Shown here in pieces: positions 8,612 through 16,311 of a stretch of DNA of 24,000 nt. Both the position numbers and the translations under genes were made by a program. The stretch spans positions 22,080 through 46,079 of the forward strand of contig JALNKA010000004.1 in assembly GCA_023261815.1 (NCBI GenBank). Direction: 5' to 3'. Source of the DNA: Candidatus Wolframiiraptor sinensis. GTDB taxonomy: Archaea > Thermoproteota > Nitrososphaeria_A > Caldarchaeales > Wolframiiraptoraceae. Every line of letters begins with the position of its first letter. Position 1 is the first letter of the stretch. Under the pieces are notes generated by a model. It was not told the DNA's origin. It saw only the letters and a list, made by a program, of their open reading frames with translations, and ran no database searches.

Positions 8612-9565
8612 GTGCTCAGCTTGACAGTCCAAGTTGGAACAGTATACCTCCTCGCATCGCTTGGCGAGATCTACGCCGAGCGCTCCGGGATCCTGAACCT
8701 CGGCCTCGAGGGCATAATGGTCATGGGAGCCGCCATCTCATTCATCTTCACGCTAGCCTATGGCCACCTCGCCGCGATACTCGCCTCCATAATCGTGGGT
8801 ATTCTGATGAGCCTGATACTAGCAGTCATGGCCATCTACATGAGGCTCAACCAGACGGTCACGGGGCTCGCTCTGACGATGTTCGGCCTCGGCCTCAGCG
8901 GCTTCCTAGCATCGCCCGAGATAAGGAGGATAATACTCCTAGCCCTGAACCCATCGCTCCCTGAGAGGCTCCTTGCGATCCAGGAGGCGCCGAAGCTACC
9001 CGAGATACCCGTGCCGGGGCTATCCGAGATACCGGTGATAGGATGCTTCTTCCGCCAGAATGTGCTGGTCTACATCTCCTATATGGCCGCGCCCCTCATG
9101 TGGTTCATCCTCTTCAAGACGAAGCCAGGCCTGAGCCTCAGGTCCGTGGGAGAGAACCCGGCGGCAGCGGACGCGATGGGCATAAACGTCTTCAAGCTGA
9201 GATGCGCTGCGACGATGATAAGCGGCGGCTTTGCGGGCTTGGCCGGAGCATACCTCTTCCTGGGATTCCAGCCGTTCTGGCAGGAGGGATTAACGGCCGG
9301 AAAGGGCTTCATAGCATTATCCCTCGTGATCCTCTCGACCTGGAATCCCCTGAAAGCCATCCTGGGCGCATACCTATTCGGCGGAGTCGAGGTCATCCAG
9401 TATAGGCTTCAGCTCTTCGGGCTCGGAGCCCTAAGCCCATATCTCCTAGCGATGCTCCCATATCTCATCGCGATCGCGGCTCTAATAGCAGTTTCCATCG
9501 AGAGCGTCAGGAAGAGGATAGGAGTTCCAGCATCCCTGGGAATACCCTACTCCCGCGAGGAGTAG
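8612..9565 (+). CDS. ABC transporter permease, second subunit
   Basis: LLASLGEIYAERSGILNLGLEGIMVMGAAISF, SGGFAGLAGAYLFLG...GLTAGKGFIALSLVILSTWNPLKAILGAYLFGG are typical of the second permease of BMP-type transporters. Confidence 0.93.
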   Translation: MLSLTVQVGTVYLLASLGEIYAERSGILNLGLEGIMVMGAAISFIFTLAYGHLAAILASIIVGILMSLILAVMAIYMRLNQTVTGLALTMFGLGLSGFLASPEIRRIILLALNPSLPERLLAIQEAPKLPEIPVPGLSEIPVIGCFFRQNVLVYISYMAAPLMWFILFKTKPGLSLRSVGENPAAADAMGINVFKLRCAATMISGGFAGLAGAYLFLGFQPFWQEGLTAGKGFIALSLVILSTWNPLKAILGAYLFGGVEVIQYRLQLFGLGALSPYLLAMLPYLIAIAALIAVSIESVRKRIGVPASLGIPYSREE

Positions 9566-9569
9566 CCTG

Positions 9570-10007
9570 CTAGCCTTTTCGAGCCTCGGCCTTTAGAACA
9601 GCTTTCGCCGCCTCCTCCAAGAGCTCCCTACCCTTCTCGGTCACGACCCTACCCTTATTGTTGTATTTCTGGGCGAGGCCTGCGGCCTCCAGCTGCTGGA
9701 GAATCTTCCTTATTATCGCGCCGCTGCCCTTCGCGAACTTCGGGGGCTTATGGCCCCTCCTATGCCTGCCGCCATAAAGCTTCCTGAGCTTTGAGACGCC
9801 GAGAGGCCCCCTGAGATACAGCTTCCTCAGCACGGCGGCCGCCCGGACATACCACCAGTCCGGGTCTTGGGGTGGCCTCTCCTTATGCACCCCTGTCTTG
9901 ACGAACATGGCCCATGGAGGAGGCTCGATAACCTTATTCTCCTTAAAGTACGTCGCGACTTTCTGGATGAGCTTCATCGCGTCCACGAGCTGCACGGCCG
10001 ACACCAT
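9570..10007 (-). CDS. rps19e: 30S ribosomal protein S19e
   Basis: MVSAVQLVDAMKLIQKVATYFKENKVIEPPPWAMFVKTGVHKERPPQDPDWWYVRAAAVLRKLYLRGPLGVSKLRKLYGGRHRRG is canonical S19e. Confidence 0.97.
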   Translation of the reverse strand: MVSAVQLVDAMKLIQKVATYFKENKVIEPPPWAMFVKTGVHKERPPQDPDWWYVRAAAVLRKLYLRGPLGVSKLRKLYGGRHRRGHKPPKFAKGSGAIIRKILQQLEAAGLAQKYNNKGRVVTEKGRELLEEAAKAVLKAEARKG

Positions 10008-10037
10008 CCGCGGCTTCTTGAAACCTCATGCTGATTT

Positions 10038-10373
10038 TTAGCCTTTAGCCCTGATTCCCCTCTTTTCCCTGATCGCGGGAATCCTCTTGACGTGGCCGCA
10101 CGCGGCGCATGTGATGACTACGTGCGTGCTTCTCCTGCTCCTAACCCTGACCCTAAAAGAGCCGGGAACATAAAATAGCATCCCGCACTTCCTGCATATC
10201 AGACGCTTATAAGCCGCTGGAAGCCTGATCCTCGCCTTCCTGCATATCCTCAAGATGAGCCTCCCGGCCTCCCTCGCCAGCTCCGGCCTTTCCGCAGCAT
10301 GCCTTTTTGCGAACTCCATGAGCCTCGTGATCCTATCATAAGCTATTCTCCTAACCTCGCCGGAGTGTGTCAA
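10038..10373 (-). CDS. rnp4: RNase P protein component 4 (Rpp21/Rpr2 family)
   Basis: 111 aa basic protein with ICRKCGMLFYVPGSFRVRVRSRRSTHVVITCAACGHVKRIP zinc ribbon; next to S19e as in many archaea. Confidence 0.88.
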   Translation of the reverse strand: MTHSGEVRRIAYDRITRLMEFAKRHAAERPELAREAGRLILRICRKARIRLPAAYKRLICRKCGMLFYVPGSFRVRVRSRRSTHVVITCAACGHVKRIPAIREKRGIRAKG

Positions 10374-10446
10374 TTCAGCCCATTAAGCGACTAGGCGATC
10401 CTTAAACATGCCTTCAGCCTAGGGATCTTCGGGGAAGCCTGGGGGA

Positions 10447-11154
10447 TTGGAAAGGCTGATTTTGGTGATCGTGGAAGCGGCCATCGAGCTCGTCCCGGAG
10501 AGCATTCAGGATCACCCATCGATAAGGGCTTATGCCGCGAGAAGGGGCAAGAAGCCCTGGGAAATACTCTTGGACAGAAGCTATCATCACTCGGCGATGA
10601 AGAGGCTCCCGGAGGCCGAGAAGCGGGGCAGGCCCGACATCGCGCACTTCATGCTCCTCGAGGCTCTCGGCTCGCCCCTAAACAAGCTGGGCCTCCTAGA
10701 AGTATATGTCCACACCAGAAGCGGCCACGCGATCTGGGTGAACCCGCGAACCAGGCTGCCGAGGGTCTATGAGCGATTCAAGGGTTTGATAGAGAAGCTG
10801 TACCAGGAGCCCGTCGTTGAGGTTGATGGCGAGATCCTGCTGAAGCTGGAGAAGAAGACGCTGGCCCAGCTCATAGATGAGCTAAACCCCGATCTGAAGA
10901 TCCTCTTATCCGAGAGGGGCGAGTCCATGAGCTGGAGCGATCTCGGCAGGCTTGTGGTCTCCGCTAAAAAGCCCCTCCTAATGATCGGCGGATTCCCCCA
11001 CGGAGACTTCCACGAATCCGTGTACCAGATGGCCGACGAGATCATAAGCATATGGCCGGAGCCCCTGGAGGCCTGGATCATAACCTCCAGAGCAATATCG
11101 ATAATCGAGCATGCTCTGGGGATCGGAGAGCAGAGCACCCAGAGGAAACCATAA
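10447..11154 (+). CDS. nep1: Nep1/Emg1 SPOUT-family 16S rRNA pseudouridine methyltransferase
   Basis: LILVIVEAAIELVPESI, LLDRSYHHSAM, KRGRPDIAHFMLLEALGSPLNK, VYVHTRSGHAIWVNPRTRLPRVYERFKGLIEKL, MIGGFPHGDF. Confidence 0.95.
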   Translation: MERLILVIVEAAIELVPESIQDHPSIRAYAARRGKKPWEILLDRSYHHSAMKRLPEAEKRGRPDIAHFMLLEALGSPLNKLGLLEVYVHTRSGHAIWVNPRTRLPRVYERFKGLIEKLYQEPVVEVDGEILLKLEKKTLAQLIDELNPDLKILLSERGESMSWSDLGRLVVSAKKPLLMIGGFPHGDFHESVYQMADEIISIWPEPLEAWIITSRAISIIEHALGIGEQSTQRKP

Positions 11155-11182
11155 ATAACCACTTTGAGAAGATTAGATTCCG

Positions 11183-11279
11183 GCGGCCGTAGTCTAGTCT
11201 GGTAGGACGCCGGCCTGCCAGTATCTCCATGAGGATAGCAGAGCGCCGGCGGTCCCGGGTTCAAATCCCGGCGGCCGCA
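11183..11279 (+). tRNA. tRNA-Gly (GCC) with 23-nt intron at 37/38 (intron 11221..11243)
   Basis: GCGGCCGTAGTCTAGTCTGGTAGGACGCCGGCCTGCCA[gtatctccatgaggatagcagag]CGCCGGCGGTCCCGGGTTCAAATCCCGGCGGCCGCA. CTGC/GCAG central 4-bp helix flanked by 3-nt bulges CAG and AGC plus TATC/GATA inner helix gives a canonical bulge-helix-bulge. Confidence 0.95.
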
Positions 11280-11314
11280 TCATAACGCTTATCTTTTGCG
11301 CTTAAAGTGAGAAA

Positions 11315-12772
11315 TTGTCAGCGCTAGAGGGCTTGATCAGAATGGTCTTGGAGTTCATGGAGACCGGTATTCCTGGCGCGGAGCGCTTGCTTCGAGGTTT
11401 TCCGAGGGGCAGTTTGATCGTAGTTAGGGGCACTCCGGGGACTGGGAAGACAGTGTTCGGGGGCAACATTCCTTCATGAAGGCGTGGTGAAATACGGTGA
11501 GCCGGGAGTATACGCGTCATTCGGGGAGAATAAGGAGAAGTTTTATGGATTTATGAAGGGCTTCGGGATGGATTTTGAGAAGCTTGAGGGTAAGAGCTTA
11601 TTCAGGTTTCTCTCCCTACCGACCATGCTGGAAGCAGGTATCGGCGGTATATTCGCTGAGATTCTCGAGACCGTTGACGCGATAAGTGCTAGGAGGCTCG
11701 TGATAGACCCCTTCACAGCGCTGAGCCAGGGGTTCAAGAGTGAAGCCGAGGCCAGAGTATTTCTACCTCTCTTATTACTCTCTTATATCTAATATCGTGA
11801 GCCGGCTCGGATGCACCACAATTCTCATCAAAGAGGAGCTGGAGTCTGAGGGAGGATACAGCTTCGAGGACTACGTGGCTGATGCTCTGATATGTTTGAA
11901 GACCGCGAGATTCGAGGACAAGCTTCTCAGAGAGGTTACATTCGTCAAGACTAGGGGCTCTGAGATAAGGTCTCCAAATGTATGCGCAACCCTTCATCAG
12001 GGTTTTAAACTGCTTCCGCGTCAGAGAGTGCCCAAGCCTCCCATAAGCCCGAGATTTGAGCCGCCTCAGGACCCACCTGGAGCATACACGACGGGCATAG
12101 CCGAGCTGGATAACGAGATCGGGGGCTACCCGCATGACTCGATTATATTGTGGGAGATTAGCCCTTAACGTAACTTTCCATGAGTATTCCCTCGTACTCG
12201 CGCCGGCGCTCGCATCATTTCTCGCGAAGAATAGGCCATACGTCCTCCTGCCATCAATAGGCATCACGTGGAGGAATATACGAGATCTCTATGTCAAGTA
12301 CTATGGAATATCAGAGAGCAAGCTCGGCGAGCTTATGAGAATACTCGTAATGGGGCCTATTGAGATCGAGCCGCCATCATACGTAAAACTGCTGAGTGGG
12401 CAGAGCTGCCAAGAGACATTCAAGGAGTTTAAAGAGATCGTGCACCTTCTAGCCGAGGAGAAGGGACGCCATATAGCCCGCCTACTTAGAGCGGATACAC
12501 TGATAGCGATGTTTGGAGAAGAAGTCTTCAGGTTCTTCGAGATATGGACAAGCTGCTTCAAGGAGACGGGCGGGCTGGCGATGTTGATAGCGAAGCCAGT
12601 TCATCCACACCTGATCAAGATGTTATCTCCGATGGTTGACATGCACTTCAAGATCACGAAGAAGCATGGTTGCATTATGTTATATGGTAAGAAGCCCGAG
12701 ACGCCGCTTTATGCGGTGCAGCCCGACCCGGAGAAGAGCGCGCTGACCCCGAAGATAATGCCGGTAGTCTGA
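11315..12772 (+). pseudogene. KaiC-like RecA-superfamily ATPase gene disrupted by three apparent frameshifts
   Basis: Consecutive fragments in frames 2, 0, 1, 2 (position mod 3): VLEFMETGIPGAERLLRGFPRGSLIVVRGTPGTGKTVFG | FLHEGVVKYGEPGVYASFGENKEKFYGFMKGFG...RRLVIDPFTALSQ | NIVSRLGCTTILIKEELESEGG...TTGIAELDNEIGGYPHDSIIL | ALNVTFHEYSLVLAPALASFLAKNRP...GKKPETPLYAV. Confidence 0.8.
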
Positions 12773-12861
12773 GCATGATAGCCTCTGAAGGGTCGCCTGA
12801 GAAAGCTATATGAGATGGCGGCTAACAGGTTGTCCGCCATAAAGCTGGAGGCTAGAGCATC

Positions 12862-13074
12862 ATGTCCCAGAGAATTTGCAGTTTCGAGAGAAATCTCAAG
12901 AACTGCCCCTGCACTTGGGAGCCTTGTAGCAGGAAGGGCATCTGCTGCGAGTGCCTGAGATATCACTGGAGCCACCGCGAGCTTCCTGCATGCTTCTTCC
13001 CGCCCGAGATCGAGAGGACCTACGACAGATCCCTGAATAGGTTCATCGAGTATTGGGGCAAGAAGGTCAAGTAG
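12862..13074 (+). CDS. Small Cys-rich protein (DUF6485-like)
   Basis: 70 aa with CSFERNLKNCPCTWEPCSRKGICCECLRYHWSHRELPACFFPPEIERTYDRSLNRFIEYW; conserved Cys pattern, recalled as the DUF6485 family. Confidence 0.8.
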   Translation: MSQRICSFERNLKNCPCTWEPCSRKGICCECLRYHWSHRELPACFFPPEIERTYDRSLNRFIEYWGKKVK

Positions 13075-13094
13075 CGCTTGGAAGGAGCGCGATT

Positions 13095-13919
13095 TCACCT
13101 TATTTTTGGCATAGGCGGCAGCCCCCTCTTATGCTCATTCGCCCTAACCCTCGCAACTATCATGTTTATCTTCTCCCTGCTTATCCCCGTCATCCTCTCG
13201 ACCTCGCCCAATGGCAGCCCCCGCTCGAAGTGCAGGTATAGCACCTGATCTATCTCATCATATCTCGCTCCGAGCTCTTCCTCGGCGAGCTGGCCCGGCA
13301 AGAGCCTCGGGCTACTCGGCTTCTCCGCGATCCTCGATGGCAGGCCAAGCGCCCTCGCAAGCCTTCTAACCTGAGTCTTATAGATGTCTCCGAGCGGGAG
13401 GATGTCTGCTGCGCCGTCGCCGTATTTCGTGAAGTATCCCAGCATTATTTCGCTCTTATCGCTCGAGCCGCAGACGAGGAGCCTCTTCAGGTTCGCGTAG
13501 TAGTAGAGGATCACCATCCTTATCCTGGCTCTGAGATTCGCGTTAGCGGTGTCGGCGCCCTGGCTATAGAAGCTCATCGCGTGGGAGAAGCAGTCATAGA
13601 CGCCATCTATCGGAGTGATGTGGTACTCTATCCCGAGCATCTCCGCGAGCATCTTGGCATCCTCCACGTCCTCCGCGGGCGTAACCCTGGTATCCGGCAT
13701 TATGAGGCCGTGAACCCTGCTGGGCCCGAGAGCCCTGACCGAGAGAGCGCACGCAACCGATGAGTCGAGCCCGCCGCTCAAGCCAATTACGACGCCGCCC
13801 ATGCCCGAACCCCTAACATAAGACCTAAGAAACCCCACTATCCTCTCAACCGCATCCTCGACATCGAGCGGTATGGACAAGCCGTAAACCCCCCGGAGAA
13901 AACCTAAAACCCTCCTCAA
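13095..13919 (-). CDS. nadE: NAD+ synthase (NadE, ammonia-dependent)
   Basis: GLSGGLDSSVACALSVRALG PP-loop, MPDTRVTP, GSSDKSEIMLGYFTKYGDGAADILPLGDIYKTQVRRLAR, PGQLAEEELG. Confidence 0.96.
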   Translation of the reverse strand: MRRVLGFLRGVYGLSIPLDVEDAVERIVGFLRSYVRGSGMGGVVIGLSGGLDSSVACALSVRALGPSRVHGLIMPDTRVTPAEDVEDAKMLAEMLGIEYHITPIDGVYDCFSHAMSFYSQGADTANANLRARIRMVILYYYANLKRLLVCGSSDKSEIMLGYFTKYGDGAADILPLGDIYKTQVRRLARALGLPSRIAEKPSSPRLLPGQLAEEELGARYDEIDQVLYLHFERGLPLGEVERMTGISREKINMIVARVRANEHKRGLPPMPKIR

Positions 13920-13935
13920 AACAATATCGGAGCAG

Positions 13936-14009
13936 GCGGCCGTCGTCTAGCCTGGAAGGACGCTGGCCTTCCGAGCCAGCGGTCCCGGGTTCAAATCCCG
14001 GCGGCCGCA
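13936..14009 (+). tRNA. tRNA-Gly (TCC)
   Basis: GCGGCCGTCGTCTAGCCTGGAAGGACGCTGGCCTTCCGAGCCAGCGGTCCCGGGTTCAAATCCCGGCGGCCGCA; anticodon loop CTTCCGA, no intron. Confidence 0.96.
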
Positions 14010-14090
14010 CTTTTTAAACTTGAAGAATTGAAGTATGGCTGCTCAAAAACCTTATAAAACTTTTTCGGCAATATAGCCTGGTGCTTCTTC

Positions 14091-14990
14091 ATGATGTTTG
14101 AGGAATTTCTGGATTTGATAGAGCGTCTCAGAAAATTAGTGAGCGACTATAGAGTTGATCTGGAGAAGAGCGAGGCGCTAACGCGCTACTGTCTGGTTGA
14201 TCCATTTCTCAGGGCTTGGGGCTGGAATCCGGAGAATCCTTCTCATGTTAGGCCTGAATTCGCAACAGAGGCGGGCAGGCCGGATTACGCGCTCCTCATC
14301 GATAACAAGCCCGTAATTTATGTCGGCGTCAAGGCCTTGGGAAAGCAGGAGAAGATCGAGCAGTACATCAACTACTGCATAACCACCGGCGTGCCGTACC
14401 TCATCACGACGGATGACGTGAAGTGGGAGGTCTACGACACGCACATCCCTAAACCCCTCCCCGAGAAGAAAATAACCGAGTGGGACATAATTAATGATGA
14501 TCCCGCTGAAATTATCAGAAAGGCATTTGTGATCTGGAGGCACAATAGGCGAATGCTAGAAGCAGCTGTTCCATTAACTCTGCAGCATAGCAGAATGATT
14601 GCGGAGGGAATTAAGGCAGAAGGGGTGCCGCTGGTGAATGTGAAGGTTGAGCCTGGGAGAAAGCCCCCATACACAAAGTTGATCTTCCCAGATAACAGGT
14701 CATATGATATCAGGCATTGGAGGGATGTTTTTGTGGCCGCGGCCGCATGGCTCATAGATTCTGGGAAAATTTCTAAGCGAGATATGCCCATAAAGCCCGA
14801 GCGAGGTAGAGTTAGACGCATGGTGAATGATAAGCCGGTGCATGAAGATGGCTCCAAATTTAGAGATCCTAAAAGAGTCGGGGAGTATTATGTGGAGACA
14901 AATATAAGCAGTGAGCGCGCGATCAAATGGGCGATCATGCTACTTGATAAATTCGGGGTGGACTCTTCTAAAGTCCTTCTTAAAGCCTGA
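14091..14990 (+). CDS. HSDR_N / PD-(D/E)XK nuclease-fold-like protein
   Basis: 299 aa; EALTRYCLVDPFLRAWGWNPENPSHVRPEFATEAGRPDYALLIDNKPVIYVGVKALGKQEKIEQYINYCITTGVPYLITTDDVKWEVYD resembles the N-terminal domain of type I restriction R subunits; C-terminal ~120 aa unassigned. Confidence 0.72.
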   Translation: MMFEEFLDLIERLRKLVSDYRVDLEKSEALTRYCLVDPFLRAWGWNPENPSHVRPEFATEAGRPDYALLIDNKPVIYVGVKALGKQEKIEQYINYCITTGVPYLITTDDVKWEVYDTHIPKPLPEKKITEWDIINDDPAEIIRKAFVIWRHNRRMLEAAVPLTLQHSRMIAEGIKAEGVPLVNVKVEPGRKPPYTKLIFPDNRSYDIRHWRDVFVAAAAWLIDSGKISKRDMPIKPERGRVRRMVNDKPVHEDGSKFRDPKRVGEYYVETNISSERAIKWAIMLLDKFGVDSSKVLLKA

Positions 14991-15004
14991 GCTCGGCAAT
15001 AGAC

Positions 15005-15012
15005 TTAAAATA
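15005..15012 (+). promoter_or_regulatory. Putative TATA element of the gal cluster
   Basis: ttaaaata located about 25-30 nt before the GTG start at 15035, consistent with a leaderless transcript. Confidence 0.4.
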
Positions 15013-15034
15013 GCATCCGCGCTCATAATTTTTC

Positions 15035-16300
15035 GTGAAGAATTTTGCGAACATTGCGGAGGAGTTTTTCGGGGAGTTTGCTTCTCGGCCTGAGGTCATC
15101 GTCTCCGCTCCGGGCAGAGCTGATTTCCTGAATTTCCTGAATACCCACCAGGATTATAAGGGGCTTCCCGTAGTCCCGGTTGCTATTCGGCTCAGATGCT
15201 ATGCCGCGGGAGCATTGAATCGCTCTAGGATAGTGAGGGTTGCGAGCCTAAACTTCAAGAAGATGGGCGAGGATTATCACGACGAGTTCAGCATAGATGA
15301 TATAAGGCTCGCCGGCGGAGGATGGTTTGGAGACTATGTGAGGGCGGTGATAAAGTCCATCATGGATTATGGGCGCCGCGTGCACGGCATGGATATCATG
15401 ATCTGGAGCGAGGTCCCGATAGGCGCGGGCTTATCAAGCAGCGCCTCCCTGGAGATCGCGGTCGCCAAACTCGTCTCCGAGCTGTGCGGGCTAGGCCTCG
15501 ATAAGAGGGATTTAGCGGAGATAGGATATAGGGCGGAGCACGACGTGATGGGGATACCGTGCGGGAGGCTGGATCAATACTCATCGGCGTTCGGGGGAAT
15601 CATAGTGCTCGAGACAAGGCCTCCCTTCAGGGTTGAGGAGCTCAGAGTCCGCGACTTGACATTCGTGATCGCAGACTCGGGTGAGCATCGTAGAATAATC
15701 TCGGTTCACCCGGTAAGGCAGAGCGAGATAAATGAGGCGCTGAGGATACTCATTGATGAGGTTCGCCCTCCCCGGGATATCCTGAAGCACCTCGCATACA
15801 ATTACTATGATGCGAGGTGGGATCACATAGTCGACCTGTTGGAGCCTTATTTGGGCGCATTGCCGGAGAAGCTCGCGAACAGGATAAGATTCACTCTGAG
15901 AATGCATAGGTCGACGCTCTACGCGATCGAGCTCCTAAGAGGCGCCGAGCCGAGCATGGAGAGATTTCTCAGAGCGGTTGGAGAGGATTTTGCGGGGGAG
16001 TGCAAGATAGACTTTTCCGACCGCCTCCAAGTAATGGGCGCCATAATGAACTACCAGCACATCCTGCTAAGGGACTTATATGAGGTCAGCACGCCGAGGC
16101 TCGAGGATCTCAGGAGCGCGCTCTTGGAGTCTGGCGAGCTGGGAGCCAAGATCTCCGGAGCGGGTATGGGTGGGGCGATAATCGCGCTTGCCAGGAGCAT
16201 GAAGTCCGGGGAGGAGATCAGGAGAGCGTGCGCAGAGAGGGGATACGAGCTCGCCTGGGTCTCGATGCCGGATGAGGGTGCCAGGAAGGAAATATCCTAA
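15035..16300 (+). CDS. galK: Galactokinase-like GHMP kinase
   Basis: APGRADFLNFLNTHQDYKGLPVVPVAI (galactokinase signature region), VPIGAGLSSSASLEIAVAKL (GHMP ATP motif), GAKISGAGMGGAIIAL; next to galE and galT. Confidence 0.88.
   Translation: MKNFANIAEEFFGEFASRPEVIVSAPGRADFLNFLNTHQDYKGLPVVPVAIRLRCYAAGALNRSRIVRVASLNFKKMGEDYHDEFSIDDIRLAGGGWFGDYVRAVIKSIMDYGRRVHGMDIMIWSEVPIGAGLSSSASLEIAVAKLVSELCGLGLDKRDLAEIGYRAEHDVMGIPCGRLDQYSSAFGGIIVLETRPPFRVEELRVRDLTFVIADSGEHRRIISVHPVRQSEINEALRILIDEVRPPRDILKHLAYNYYDARWDHIVDLLEPYLGALPEKLANRIRFTLRMHRSTLYAIELLRGAEPSMERFLRAVGEDFAGECKIDFSDRLQVMGAIMNYQHILLRDLYEVSTPRLEDLRSALLESGELGAKISGAGMGGAIIALARSMKSGEEIRRACAERGYELAWVSMPDEGARKEIS
15125..15142 (+). repeat. Exact 9-bp tandem duplication ttcctgaat x2 within galK
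   Basis: ...gat[ttcctgaat][ttcctgaat]acccaccag..., encoding FLN FLN in the galactokinase signature. Confidence 0.95.
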
Positions 16301-16311
16301 ATTTTAGATGG

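Noticed and set aside
10767-11264. 165-aa minus-strand ORF opposite nep1, running into tRNA-Gly
   Set aside because: Fully antisense to nep1 and overlaps the tRNA; Ser/Pro-rich shadow translation.
11734-12267. 177-aa minus-strand ORF over the KaiC-like region
   Set aside because: Antisense to segments with clear KaiC-family similarity in plus-strand frames; no family features of its own.
12814-12840. GGCGG...CCGCC inverted arms between the ATPase pseudogene and the Cys-rich gene
   Set aside because: Only 5-bp arms in a GC-rich context; expected by chance.
12709-13098. 129-aa minus-strand ORF
   Set aside because: Antisense to the convincing Cys-rich DUF6485-like gene and the tail of the ATPase pseudogene.
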